Positions 46,001 through 54,933 of a stretch of DNA of 64,000 nucleotides are shown here, piece after piece. The notes under the pieces were generated by a model. The model saw only the letters and a list, made by a program, of their open reading frames with translations. It was not told where the DNA came from and searched no databases. A program made the translations under genes and the position numbers. Each line of letters opens with the position of its first letter. Position 1 is the first letter of the stretch. This stretch comes from a virus (taxonomy: Duplodnaviria > Caudoviricetes): positions 1 to 64,000 of IMG/VR virus record IMGVR_UViG_3300020045_001345; one strand, 5' to 3'.

Positions 46001-48273
46001 ACAGCTTCTTGGCTAGTTTTTAATCTTGAAGCATAAGCTGTTGCAGCTTCCTTAGTTGCTTCATTCTCATTGAATAGGGCATTAACAAGGACAAGCTTGG
46101 AGATTGCGGCTTCGTTATCAGCAAGTCTTGCCTTAGCTCCTGCTACATTTTTCTCTTTACCTAAAGCTAAATTCTTAGAAATAACTTCGTTTTCTTCTCT
46201 GTGCTTCTCTATAGATTTCTCCATAGGTGATAGCTTTGCACCAGCGCCCTCAGCAGCAAGTTGTTTCTGCAGCTCAAGCTGTTCTTGCATCATTACATTA
46301 GCTTTGTTCAGAGACTCTAGTTGTACTGTGAAGTGCTTCTGAGTGTTCTTGTCAGCATAACTCTTCTTAATCGCTGTAACAGCTTCTGCATACTTCTCAG
46401 CAGATAATCTAGTCTTATCCAGAGCTTCAATCTCAGCTTTCATCTGACCAGCTTTATTTAAATCATACTTAGCATTTATCTCAGAAGTATATTTAGCTTG
46501 ATTAGAATTCTTTACAGCCAAGTCTAGTTCTTGTTTCTTTAATTCTGACAGTCTGATTGAATTGTCAATTTCAGCTTTTTGAGAGATTAATACTTGCATA
46601 GCTGCTGTGCCACCGATTGTCTGTCTTGCAGACTCTTGTTTAGCTAGAGCAATAATACGAGCATTTATGTCAGCCAATCGACCTTCATTAGCTCCACCTT
46701 CTTTTAGATTCAGTTTATCCTTCTCCTGAATAACACCTCTAATTTTATCAATCTGCTTTTGGTATGCCTCTGTTTCAGCGTTAACTTCTTTTACCATATC
46801 AGGGATAGATTTAGAGAGTTCTTCTGTAGACTTCTTAACTTCATTTATACCAAAGCCATATAAATTCCAAACAGCTATACTGGCACCTACTGCAAATGCT
46901 GCTGCAGATATTGCCAAGCCAATAGGAGTTTTACCAAGCAGACTCATAGCCACTTCAACCAACCCTACTGCTTTAGCTAATTGTATTAGAGACAAGGCAG
47001 CTCCTGCAGCCCATCCAGCTAGGCCAAAAGTTACAAGTCCTGAAATTATTACACCGATAGATTTTAAATGATCTATGATAAATACTAAAGTACCGCCTAC
47101 AGCTTTGGCTAAAGTTGGCATGTAGTCTACTAAGTCCATTACAGCTTTTGACAGCTTTGAACCTAATTCAGAATCTTGTCCAAGTTCGCCTATAGCTTTA
47201 AACCATGCATTCTTTACCATTGTCATAGCACTATCAACAGTGATAGGGAGTGACTCAAAATCCTTGCGCATTTGTGGCAAGGCATTCTTCATGGCATTAG
47301 CTAATAATTCTCCTGTAATAAGTCCTTGCGAACCCATCTTCTTAAGAGTTTCTGTGGTGTTTTCACCCCATTGACCTGTCCTACGAAGCTCAGTTTCAAT
47401 TGCTCTTAAGATGATTGGAGCGCCCTCAGCCACAGCATTAAATTCAGCACCGTTCAGCCTACCAGCATTCATAGATTGAGAGAACTGCAGCATAACAGAA
47501 GAAGCCTCAGCAGCTGTACTACCGCCAAGTTGCAAGGCAAGTCCCATTCCTTCAACCATACCCATTGTATCTTTAGCTGACTTTCCCATCATTTGCATTG
47601 GCAGAGCCATACGAGTATAGAGCTTTGCGGCATCTTCTAATGGCACACGTATCTTCTGAGCTAATACAAACAAGTCTTGCTGAATAACTTTAGCAGCTTC
47701 CATAGAGCCTGTTGTGAGTTTCAGCTTCGCTTGCATCATTACCCAAGCATCTGATTGTTCTATGATACCTTTGGCAAAATTAACACCAAGATATGCTGTT
47801 GCTGCCACAGCCATAGACTTTAATGTGTTGTTCCAAATAGAGCCACTAGAATGTGCTGATCTTAAACTCTCTTCATTTTTTTTAGTTGCTTTCTCTAAAG
47901 CTATTGCAGCTCTCTCAGACTCTTTCTGAGCAGATGCTTGTGCTTTGTATATATCAACTTGCTTACCAAGAGCTGCAGCTGTTGCAGTCTGAGCAGCATC
48001 TAATTGCTTAACAACGGACATATATCTTGCAGTTTCCTCTGCATTCTTACCCATTGTGTTAGCTTGTTTGTCAAGCTTTGCTAAGTATTTCTCTGTAGCA
48101 GATGTGGAGGAATTTGTAATAGCTGGAAGTTTTGCTTGTGAGACTAGAAATTGTTTAGTTTCTGAATCAACACTCTTAGCTGCTATTGCTAAGTCTTTTA
48201 AACTCTTAGTGGCATCATCAATACCCTTTGATTTTACTTCTATTCCAAGTGCACTGACATTCATTCCAGCCAT
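43024..48273 (-). CDS. tail tape measure protein (1749 aa)
   Basis: Ala-rich helical; tape-measure domain LQFSQSMNAG...EFNAVAE; follows the chaperone pair. Confidence 0.93.
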   Translation of the reverse strand: MAGMNVSALGIEVKSKGIDDATKSLKDLAIAAKSVDSETKQFLVSQAKLPAITNSSTSATEKYLAKLDKQANTMGKNAEETARYMSVVKQLDAAQTATAAALGKQVDIYKAQASAQKESERAAIALEKATKKNEESLRSAHSSGSIWNNTLKSMAVAATAYLGVNFAKGIIEQSDAWVMMQAKLKLTTGSMEAAKVIQQDLFVLAQKIRVPLEDAAKLYTRMALPMQMMGKSAKDTMGMVEGMGLALQLGGSTAAEASSVMLQFSQSMNAGRLNGAEFNAVAEGAPIILRAIETELRRTGQWGENTTETLKKMGSQGLITGELLANAMKNALPQMRKDFESLPITVDSAMTMVKNAWFKAIGELGQDSELGSKLSKAVMDLVDYMPTLAKAVGGTLVFIIDHLKSIGVIISGLVTFGLAGWAAGAALSLIQLAKAVGLVEVAMSLLGKTPIGLAISAAAFAVGASIAVWNLYGFGINEVKKSTEELSKSIPDMVKEVNAETEAYQKQIDKIRGVIQEKDKLNLKEGGANEGRLADINARIIALAKQESARQTIGGTAAMQVLISQKAEIDNSIRLSELKKQELDLAVKNSNQAKYTSEINAKYDLNKAGQMKAEIEALDKTRLSAEKYAEAVTAIKKSYADKNTQKHFTVQLESLNKANVMMQEQLELQKQLAAEGAGAKLSPMEKSIEKHREENEVISKNLALGKEKNVAGAKARLADNEAAISKLVLVNALFNENEATKEAATAYASRLKTSQEAVKSAQAEAENLQRLVDTFGMAKGAVEAKELADLQAIETSKKGTARTLDEIQAAYDLIEAKKQAAGLTTELGGLEEAKKAQDILDKAFNPSKVDKWANSIKGAFKGAAAALQPFAKAIDTYGAKQAHIDDLREAANKKYSKGSKELAEYTEKISNKETEYRIASYGDMASAAKGFFEEGSNGYKTMEGIAQTAHAAQVAMNLIEMGQMAVKAVLNQANGDPYTAFARMAAMAAAVATLGFAVGGGFKSSSGGGAKAADAQKTQGTGTVFGDSSAKSASIENSLKMMEQYADTGLSHTSDMMKSLRSIDKSMSGLANLIVKTTGLTEGTGFGIKEGQINAKGSATDAISGAMTHVTKALFGPLLGSKISSAINNLWGKVTQNITDAGLKVQGTLGQLQAGQGVNQYANVDTTKSSWFGLSKSTSSSVQTQGVGAELSTQFGKIFTSLEATLKVAAQGLGVSAAQVDDALKNLVIDASISLKGLSGDALAQAINSVISKAADTMASSVMSGLLEFAKVGEGAFETLVRISSEMIVTNETMTQLGHSLFTLDVAGIKASQSLIDLYGGIDKLQEVSSSYYDNFYTEGEKSAKAVTAMTEALARLGIEMPTDRADFRAEVEKANREGNYELYVSLMKLSEAYAEIVPATEASLSAADLVSKRKEMDIQEYELQHTSLENLAASRERELATTDATLQAQMNRIYALQDEASALEKANAIASQRRGLEIQIMELTGDKAGALNARRADELAAMDESLRPFQLRIYALQDQAEAESAAASASKAAGDAAKQAADTARSAWQSVTDSLFAEVKRIKGLLTGNTAQSYAGLQATFATTSAQARAGDIEAAKQLPAISQALLAMADSQASSMEELNRIRAQVMGSLVTTGSSLSAAQGTNIPAFADGGFHSGGMALVGEVGAELIDSSPAHVYNAAQTKELLNGNSMREVVQELKDLRSEARAQANAVVDKLTKTYKIVDNWNVNGLIVKGDTANTPVQVQVV

Positions 48274-48281
48274 AATAATTC

Positions 48282-48737
48282 CTATTCTTTATTCTTGAGT
48301 TTTGCAAAAAGACTCTTAACACTGCTTGCCACTTCATCCCTCACCAATTGAGTTACCTCTAAAGTTTTACTATAAGGTTGTGACCTATTTGCATCTGATG
48401 CTTGATTGTATTCATTAACATAAGCCTTGCTCATGTTCTTTAATGTATTAATTTCCCACAATGAGAAGTCTCTCTGTGTGCATGATATCCAAGCCTTGAG
48501 TTCTTCCCAAGAGAGTTCTACCATACCTCCCATATCACTAGAAGACATTCCACTCTCAAAAAAAAGAGGGACTAGATATTCAGCCTCACAATCTGGTAAG
48601 CTCAATTCTAGTCCCTCTTTATATTTTTCTCTTAGCTCACCAATCCTAGACATCCTAGCTTCTTTAGGAGTGGCATGATACCACCCCAATTGACGAGCAT
48701 AGAGTTCTAGGCTAGACTCAGCACTTAGATAAAATTT
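48282..48737 (-). CDS. tail assembly chaperone, post-frameshift (T) part
   Basis: -1 frame is open from the slippery site through QLGWYHA; LSWEEL..W. Confidence 0.75.
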   Translation of the reverse strand, partial: KFYLSAESSLELYARQLGWYHATPKEARMSRIGELREKYKEGLELSLPDCEAEYLVPLFFESGMSSSDMGGMVELSWEELKAWISCTQRDFSLWEINTLKNMSKAYVNEYNQASDANRSQPYSKTLEVTQLVRDEVASSVKSLFAKLKNKE

Positions 48738-49132
48738 CCAATGTCTTCTACAGCAGCGTCTACAGCTTTACGAATCCAATCTAAATCATTGTCATTATAG
48801 AGCTTGCGAAATTGTGCAGGAGTTGTAAGATTCTCTTCACCATCATATTCCAAGTTAGCGGTGCTTACAGAGCATGCTACCAAGATTTCAGTGGCATCAG
48901 AGTTCATCTGAGCTGGTGTATATTTCTTCTTCAGATTCTCAAAGCGGCGAGCTTGGATAGCTTCAGAAGCATTACGATATTGTTTGGAGTTCTTACCGTA
49001 GATTGTAATTGTGACAGGCTTCTCTTTCAAGTCGCCATCTGCAAACAGCAGATCACCTGTTTCTGGGTTTGTCAATTGCAAGTCGTATGTAGAACCTGAT
49101 TTTACTGCTAATGTTGAAAGTTTGAAGCTCAT
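48725..49132 (-). CDS. tail assembly chaperone (G part)
   Basis: Lies between the tail tube and tape measure genes; ends with the slippery A AAT TTT. Confidence 0.8.
   Translation of the reverse strand: MSFKLSTLAVKSGSTYDLQLTNPETGDLLFADGDLKEKPVTITIYGKNSKQYRNASEAIQARRFENLKKKYTPAQMNSDATEILVACSVSTANLEYDGEENLTTPAQFRKLYNDNDLDWIRKAVDAAVEDIGNFI
48731..48737 (-). other. -1 programmed ribosomal frameshift heptamer A AAT TTT
   Basis: X XXY YYZ pattern; GGA AAT TTT ATC TAA shifts into AAA TTT TAT CTA..., open into ORF 48282. Confidence 0.75.
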
Positions 49133-49190
49133 GTGGGTGTTCCTTTATGTGATTAATATTATGGTTTATTAGGTAGCTCTTTGGCTATTG

Positions 49191-49928
49191 CTAATTGGTG
49201 ATTGCTGGTGGTTCTAATATCAAGGTAGCAATTCTTGATAATAATACTGGTAAATTCACTTCATAGAAGCATTCTGTATAACCTGCAAACTTATTCTCGT
49301 ATTGCTTATGAGTTGTTCGTAGTTGTTTGAGAAGTAAGCTCTCGATATTCTTAATCTTAGTACCTGAGTCTCTAACTGTGTAAATTACCTTAAAAGCTTT
49401 TCCACTATCATTTCTTACTGCTGATAATCTTTTACCTATTTTGGAATTAGTAATACCAACTTTAGTAATTTCACCATCACTGAAGACATATAGAATACCT
49501 TCTTTAGCTGTCTTGTATCCTCCGCCTTCTGAACACATCTGACAACCAGAACCTCCGTTACACAAGAGTTCTCTAGGTATTTTTACAAAATCACCATGTA
49601 TTTGACAGGTCAGTGTTACTTCTGTCCAAGAGTTTTTGTAGATAATTTTATCGTAGTTGTATGTATCATTTCCAACAAGTTTCTTGTGTTTAGCTACAAG
49701 TTCTTCTTTATTACTAGAATACAAATTACTCATACGCTCACATCGGCATTTTGAACAACCTACACCTCTCATGTGATGATTTGGCGTTACTGAAAATATC
49801 CCGTGTTCCTTGCATAATATATCTACTTTGATATGAGAAAACTCGTAATTAGTTGGGGAATAGTCGTAGAGGTTATTGTGTGTTTCTTCTGAACGTCTAA
49901 TAAACTCTTGTTGTGTTAATTTCTTCAT
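49191..49928 (-). CDS. homing endonuclease: Cys/His zinc-binding repeats plus GIY-YIG/T5orf172-like domain
   Basis: CKEHG...GCSKC x2; ILYV...TKVGITN; GYTECF. Confidence 0.8.
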   Translation of the reverse strand: MKKLTQQEFIRRSEETHNNLYDYSPTNYEFSHIKVDILCKEHGIFSVTPNHHMRGVGCSKCRCERMSNLYSSNKEELVAKHKKLVGNDTYNYDKIIYKNSWTEVTLTCQIHGDFVKIPRELLCNGGSGCQMCSEGGGYKTAKEGILYVFSDGEITKVGITNSKIGKRLSAVRNDSGKAFKVIYTVRDSGTKIKNIESLLLKQLRTTHKQYENKFAGYTECFYEVNLPVLLSRIATLILEPPAITN

Positions 49929-49962
49929 ATTAAAAGACAGGGGATTTCTCCCCTGCATTACC

Positions 49963-50397
49963 TTAATATACCGGACTGTCAATCTCAATGTTGGCTGTTC
50001 CGCCAACGATGGAATCAACACTACCAATTTTCTTAACGAAACTCACAACTTGACAAGTGAAATAAGATGTAGTACCATCATTTTCAACGATACGCATTGC
50101 ATAGCTTAAATCAGAATCGGAAGCTGTCTTGAGAATAATCTGACCAGCATCGCTTGTTTGACTAGCAAACTCAAAGCTCATAGTACCAGCATCATAGGAA
50201 CCCTTCAGTTTACGAACATTCCGGTCACCAATTGGACTATGTTTAACTACATTGTATGTTTTACCAAAGTCACCAATTGATACAACTTCACCAATTGGTG
50301 TGTAAGTTTTTGCAGACAAAGTGGACAGATCAACTGTACCAACCATTGCCACTGCTGCGATAGATACTGTAGTACCTGCTGCTGAATGAATAGCCAT
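49963..50397 (-). CDS. major tail (tube) protein
   Basis: AGTTVSI, IGEVVSIGDFG, KLKGSYDAG, DAGQ. Confidence 0.85.
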   Translation of the reverse strand: MAIHSAAGTTVSIAAVAMVGTVDLSTLSAKTYTPIGEVVSIGDFGKTYNVVKHSPIGDRNVRKLKGSYDAGTMSFEFASQTSDAGQIILKTASDSDLSYAMRIVENDGTTSYFTCQVVSFVKKIGSVDSIVGGTANIEIDSPVY

Positions 50398-50440
50398 ATT
50401 TAATTCCTTGTATTATTTAATTGTTTAATGTAATATGCTA

Positions 50441-50806
50441 TTAAGCGTACACAGTGATTTTGAGAGTAGCTGCACCAGACAATGTTACATTGTTAGCTGC
50501 TGTGGAACCTGCCAGATACGCAGTGATTTTATCAAGGTTGATAATCTTCTTAGCTGCTGCTGCAACTACGATTGACAAACCGGCTGACAAGTCGATAGTG
50601 GTAGAAGTACCAGCTACAGGGTAGGTTGCTGAAGGGGCTGTACCTTTGATAACAACTGTCAAAGAACCACCAGTGGTGTTGTCAAGTTCTACCAATTGGT
50701 TGGTGCCTGCAACGTATGTCATTGTATCTGAGGCTGAAGCTGTGTTGACTGTTGCTGTAACTGTGCCATTTACACCTTGCAGAGCTGTTGAAGTTAAAAC
50801 TGCCAT
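50441..50806 (-). CDS. virion structural protein
   Basis: A/T/V-rich; directly upstream of the tail tube gene. Confidence 0.65.
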   Translation of the reverse strand: MAVLTSTALQGVNGTVTATVNTASASDTMTYVAGTNQLVELDNTTGGSLTVVIKGTAPSATYPVAGTSTTIDLSAGLSIVVAAAAKKIINLDKITAYLAGSTAANNVTLSGAATLKITVYA

Positions 50807-50864
50807 TTGTATTTCCTTTTAAATAATTTGCCTTTCGGCTAGAACCCTTGAAAGGGCAAATTTA

Positions 50865-51254
50865 CTAATTTTCGTATCTGTATCTAAATCTAACAGGAAT
50901 AATCCTGAAATCATTTACTACTAGATGTGGTAGCATGCTTGGAGTCTGCTCTACACTTACAGGGCTAAACTTTGGAATGATTGGGAACAAATTCACAATA
51001 TTCTGTGCTAATGTTTCTAGCGTAGCACTACCGTGTCCATCTCTGCCGTAGCAATTTATCTGCACCATACCAACACTACGAATCTTTTCACCGTCAATGG
51101 TTCTATTAATCGTAGTTGATGGTATAATGGATATTTGAAGCCATTGTCCAGAAGTAGGCGGAGTGAATGGTATTCCTTCATAAGCAATCGGTATAACTTG
51201 AAGGTCTGCCCATGCCTTAAGTCTCGTTTCAAAGACTTGTCTTATTACATTCAT
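50865..51254 (-). CDS. tail terminator protein
   Basis: IAYEGIPFTPP..WL, GMVQINCY...G; position. Confidence 0.75.
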   Translation of the reverse strand: MNVIRQVFETRLKAWADLQVIPIAYEGIPFTPPTSGQWLQISIIPSTTINRTIDGEKIRSVGMVQINCYGRDGHGSATLETLAQNIVNLFPIIPKFSPVSVEQTPSMLPHLVVNDFRIIPVRFRYRYEN

Positions 51255-51263
51255 GTGATAGCC

Positions 51264-51701
51264 TTATAAGAATTTTGCAGCAGCTTTTACAAGTGCTTTA
51301 TCAACCATTGCATATTTTGTGGCTCCATTCCAAGTCCATTGCCCAGAAGACTCACCTTTAGGCCAGCCAAGAGCCTCAACCCTGTAAGCATAATCGTGAT
51401 TATTAGTTAGTGTGACAACACCATCTTTTTTAAGGAAGGCTTTGTAGTCTCTGACATCATAAATTCTATTGTAGCTATCAGCACCGTAATCATCAGTTGT
51501 TGTGCTTATATCTGATGAGAATTTATTCTGTGCTGGATACCAAGAATTTATTAATTGACCAGATGAGTAATCACCTGTAGCTGGATTTGGAGATTCTAGG
51601 ACAACATCTTTGAATATCTCCACACAAACCATGTTGAGATTGTCATTAACTTCCTGTAGGACATTGGCAATATTATTTTGTATTGATTGTGCAAAATTCA
51701 T
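51264..51701 (-). CDS. tail completion/neck protein (HK97 gp10-like)
   Basis: GQLINSW, LTNNHDYAYRVE..GW. Confidence 0.7.
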   Translation of the reverse strand: MNFAQSIQNNIANVLQEVNDNLNMVCVEIFKDVVLESPNPATGDYSSGQLINSWYPAQNKFSSDISTTTDDYGADSYNRIYDVRDYKAFLKKDGVVTLTNNHDYAYRVEALGWPKGESSGQWTWNGATKYAMVDKALVKAAAKFL

Positions 51702-51722
51702 AGTTGCCTTTAATTGTCCGTG

Positions 51723-51751
51723 ATTATAGCATGAAGGTTGTATTTTGTCAA
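51723..51751 (-). promoter_or_regulatory. consensus sigma70 promoter for the tail genes
   Basis: TTGACA-17-TATAAT. Confidence 0.8.
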
Positions 51752-51758
51752 GAGATTA

Positions 51759-52544
51759 TTAACGTTGCTTACAAGATAATTTAATAGTTCTGCTATCAGT
51801 TCTTGTTAATGAAGTTGTAATAGTGTTAGTTATCTTATAAATATTGCCAGCAACACCTCCTGTTACAAACAATGAGGTTATACCTCCTGCTATTTGTTCT
51901 AAGGAAGCTACTAGAGGACTTTCAACTGTCCAAGTGCTTGTGGCAATAGTTTCACCACTAGCAAGCCATCCAGAGGATGCCCAATCAAATCCATAGTCTA
52001 AACTGGCAAGTGGTGCATGATCAAATTCGTGATCGCCATCTGCATTGAGCATTTCACCTCCTGTGTTGAGTGTGTAAGTTATTGTTAAGGTTGAGTAGTC
52101 TGAAGACTCTGTTAGTTGTGCTGAGATGTTTATAGAAAGACTCAGTTGAGATACAACAGAATCTGAAAGCTCTTGTAGGTTACTTTGGATGTCTATAACA
52201 TCGGCTACAGTAATAATAGTTGAAGTAATTGTGTCAGACTCTTCAAGAATACTTACTGTTACTGTTGCAGCACCTGCAATTGTGAGAAGGCTACTAGTTA
52301 AAGTATCACCAACCTCAGTTAAGGAAGAGGATACATTTGCAGAAACAAAAACAGCGGCACTTAAAATATCGGAAGACTCTACACTACTAACTTGAGTTGT
52401 AATAACTAAAGCAATAGTGGTAGAGATAATATCTGATCCCTCTATAACAGTGAAATCTATGGTGTTACCTGTTGCTATATCTTGTGTGTTGCTTGAAAAT
52501 ACAGCGTCAGACCCAATAAACTGAGCGGAATATACAGCAGCCAT
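51759..52544 (-). CDS. structural protein: S/T/V-rich E-x-x-D repeats plus a C-terminal LDYGFDW domain (internal start at 52052)
   Basis: ~21-aa repeats; AGGAGGT SD before an in-frame MLNADG. Confidence 0.75.
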   Translation of the reverse strand: MAAVYSAQFIGSDAVFSSNTQDIATGNTIDFTVIEGSDIISTTIALVITTQVSSVESSDILSAAVFVSANVSSSLTEVGDTLTSSLLTIAGAATVTVSILEESDTITSTIITVADVIDIQSNLQELSDSVVSQLSLSINISAQLTESSDYSTLTITYTLNTGGEMLNADGDHEFDHAPLASLDYGFDWASSGWLASGETIATSTWTVESPLVASLEQIAGGITSLFVTGGVAGNIYKITNTITTSLTRTDSRTIKLSCKQR

Positions 52545-54916
52545 TATTGCACCACTACTACACCACTAAAGGCTTTTGCTGGAGGTACTTGGGTATTAGT
52601 TCCATCGGAGTCTGTAACAACTAGCCAACCTAAACCACTCGCTGGAAGTGTTGTAGCAGGGATTACTAATGTCAGCAAACCAGACACATCTGTAGTAGCC
52701 CCAACACCTGATGAAGCGGGTGCAATAAATGCAGTAGGGGACACATTATCGAATAATGCCCACTTCAACCCTGTCAAATTGGCAATAGGTGTTCCAGAGG
52801 ATGTTACCAGATTCATCTGAACTTTTCTAGCATAATATGCAACATTCAGTGTATTGAAAGCTCTAAGCCCCACTTCAATAGTTTCAGCCCCTGTAGCACC
52901 ATAGTGTACTGAACCTGAGAAGGCTCCGTTCATATCCGCTATTCCTACCACATTTGCATTGGTAGTTGCTACATTTGCAATTGCTGCATGGATTGCATTA
53001 AAACCTGTATCACTTGAAGATGTCCCACCACTACCGACTGCACAGCCTGTGGAATTCAGGTTCATCAGAACCCATTTCTTACCTGTACGAGTAAACCAAT
53101 CATCTACTAAAATATTGAGAGAAGATTCATAGGATGAACGAGTTGTACCATCCCCGCAGTTTGTCTCTCCTTGCCACCATAGAGCTGCTTTATATCCACC
53201 TATTGAGGTAGCTGTGGCAAGTGCTGCTCCATATAACTGTGTGGTAGCTAAATTTACAGCCCACGCTGCGATGGAGGTAGAACCCATTGCACAAGGTATG
53301 AATGCACAAGGAACACCTACTGCCATTATTCGGGTTGCAAGATTTCCGAAGTAAGATCCTAATGGGGTAGGATCGGCATGAACTGAATATATAGCTCCTG
53401 TTGCGTCATCGAACTTAGTACCAGCAGTCTCAACGTTCTGTCTCCATGTCCCTGCTTTGTCTCTCTCGATTGGTATCCAAGAAGGGTTCCCAATAGGTGC
53501 AACAGCAGGGACATATATATTTGATTTACCAACATGATTCGATTGACCAAGAACTAAGTAGACATCTCCTACCCCAACGTAAGCCAAGCTTGCAACAACA
53601 CCTGTTGCATTTGAGAATCTTATACTTAAATTTCCTTGACCAACACCAGACAGAACAGTAGTGGTATCAAATACTCCTCCTGTTGGTGAAGCTACCAGTG
53701 TTGTCCATGCACTGCCATTCCAACTTGATTCTATGCTGGTAGGAGTTCCAACATAAGTACCAGTAATACGAATAGTTGCATTATTTGAGGCGTCACGTTG
53801 AAATAGTCTATATGGTACTGCCGCTGTTGCAGGTGTACCGGGGACAGTGAACGCAATTGAATTTGCCACTACTGTCAAACTTGTAACCGTAGTCAATACA
53901 GCTGGTAAGTTCTTCCACCTAACTGTTAATGTACCTGTCCCTACGCTCTGCCCAGACAAGACGCCACTAAATGTACCACCTGTTGGAGCTACAGCAACAT
54001 CAGCGTATGCTCCACCATTAAAGGATGCCTCAATTGTGGTTGGTGTGTTTCCACCAGCGTATGTACCAGTAATTGTTATATTAGTTCCAACTGTAGAGCC
54101 ATTTGTCGGTGTTGAAACTGTTATAGAATCTGCTACTGCTGAGTTTGAATAATAAGAGTATGGATTAGCTGCATGTGCTCCAACCTCAGCAACTGATAGC
54201 TCGCGTGTCCAGTAAATATCATCTAAGAGGATAAAGTCTTGTTCTGCACCCGCTGAATTATCGTACAAACCTGCAATGGTTGCTTGATTTGTCGTGGCAG
54301 CAAAATTCTCAGTATCTCCAGAGACTGTTTTTACCAGTGTACCATTGACATAAAATTTGACTGTCCCACCAGCCGCACTTCGTGTGATGTGCAAGTCAAC
54401 TACAGAATTAATGGCGTTTGCAGGATTACCGGCATCGTTCCAATTCATTTTTGTAGTGCCAGCACCAAAATATGGATACAAACAATATCCCGTTCCAACT
54501 ACTTCATAGACGCCAAAAGTAATGGCTGACTGTGCATTTCCACTATTCAAACGACCAACACTACGAACTACTGTATTTGCTGCAGCAACTGAAGGCATAC
54601 GCATGCGCTTCCATACTGAAAACGCACCTGTGCCGACTGCCATACCGAGAGAATTTAAACTTGGTAATGTGTAGTAAATATTATGGACTGTGCGACCATT
54701 TGAGGTATCTCTCCCTTTACCTGCTGATGTTGTGACTATTGGTGGAGTTGTTCCAGCTACAGTCCAGTGCCTAGAATTTCCACTATTATCTTTACCATTT
54801 GAAGTTGCTGTGCTGCCATCCTCAGAAGCCCATGAATATGCAGCGACAATACCTGTGTTCAATGCATCCGCGGTGAGTGCCAGAGGTTCAATTCGTTGAC
54901 TTCGTAATACGGGCAT
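52544..54916 (-). CDS. LamG/concanavalin-like + Ig-like + SGNH carbohydrate esterase (SASA/CE6-type) protein
   Basis: GAFSVW, VDLHITRS..VKFYVNG, LDDIYW; YLVLGQSN, AMGSTSI..W, WWQGE, SVHY. Confidence 0.8.
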   Translation of the reverse strand: MPVLRSQRIEPLALTADALNTGIVAAYSWASEDGSTATSNGKDNSGNSRHWTVAGTTPPIVTTSAGKGRDTSNGRTVHNIYYTLPSLNSLGMAVGTGAFSVWKRMRMPSVAAANTVVRSVGRLNSGNAQSAITFGVYEVVGTGYCLYPYFGAGTTKMNWNDAGNPANAINSVVDLHITRSAAGGTVKFYVNGTLVKTVSGDTENFAATTNQATIAGLYDNSAGAEQDFILLDDIYWTRELSVAEVGAHAANPYSYYSNSAVADSITVSTPTNGSTVGTNITITGTYAGGNTPTTIEASFNGGAYADVAVAPTGGTFSGVLSGQSVGTGTLTVRWKNLPAVLTTVTSLTVVANSIAFTVPGTPATAAVPYRLFQRDASNNATIRITGTYVGTPTSIESSWNGSAWTTLVASPTGGVFDTTTVLSGVGQGNLSIRFSNATGVVASLAYVGVGDVYLVLGQSNHVGKSNIYVPAVAPIGNPSWIPIERDKAGTWRQNVETAGTKFDDATGAIYSVHADPTPLGSYFGNLATRIMAVGVPCAFIPCAMGSTSIAAWAVNLATTQLYGAALATATSIGGYKAALWWQGETNCGDGTTRSSYESSLNILVDDWFTRTGKKWVLMNLNSTGCAVGSGGTSSSDTGFNAIHAAIANVATTNANVVGIADMNGAFSGSVHYGATGAETIEVGLRAFNTLNVAYYARKVQMNLVTSSGTPIANLTGLKWALFDNVSPTAFIAPASSGVGATTDVSGLLTLVIPATTLPASGLGWLVVTDSDGTNTQVPPAKAFSGVVVVQ

Positions 54917-54933
54917 AAATATTCCTTAAATTA

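Noticed and set aside
43033-48298. Multiple short plus-strand ORFs within the tape measure gene
   Set aside because: Antisense shadows of a long real gene
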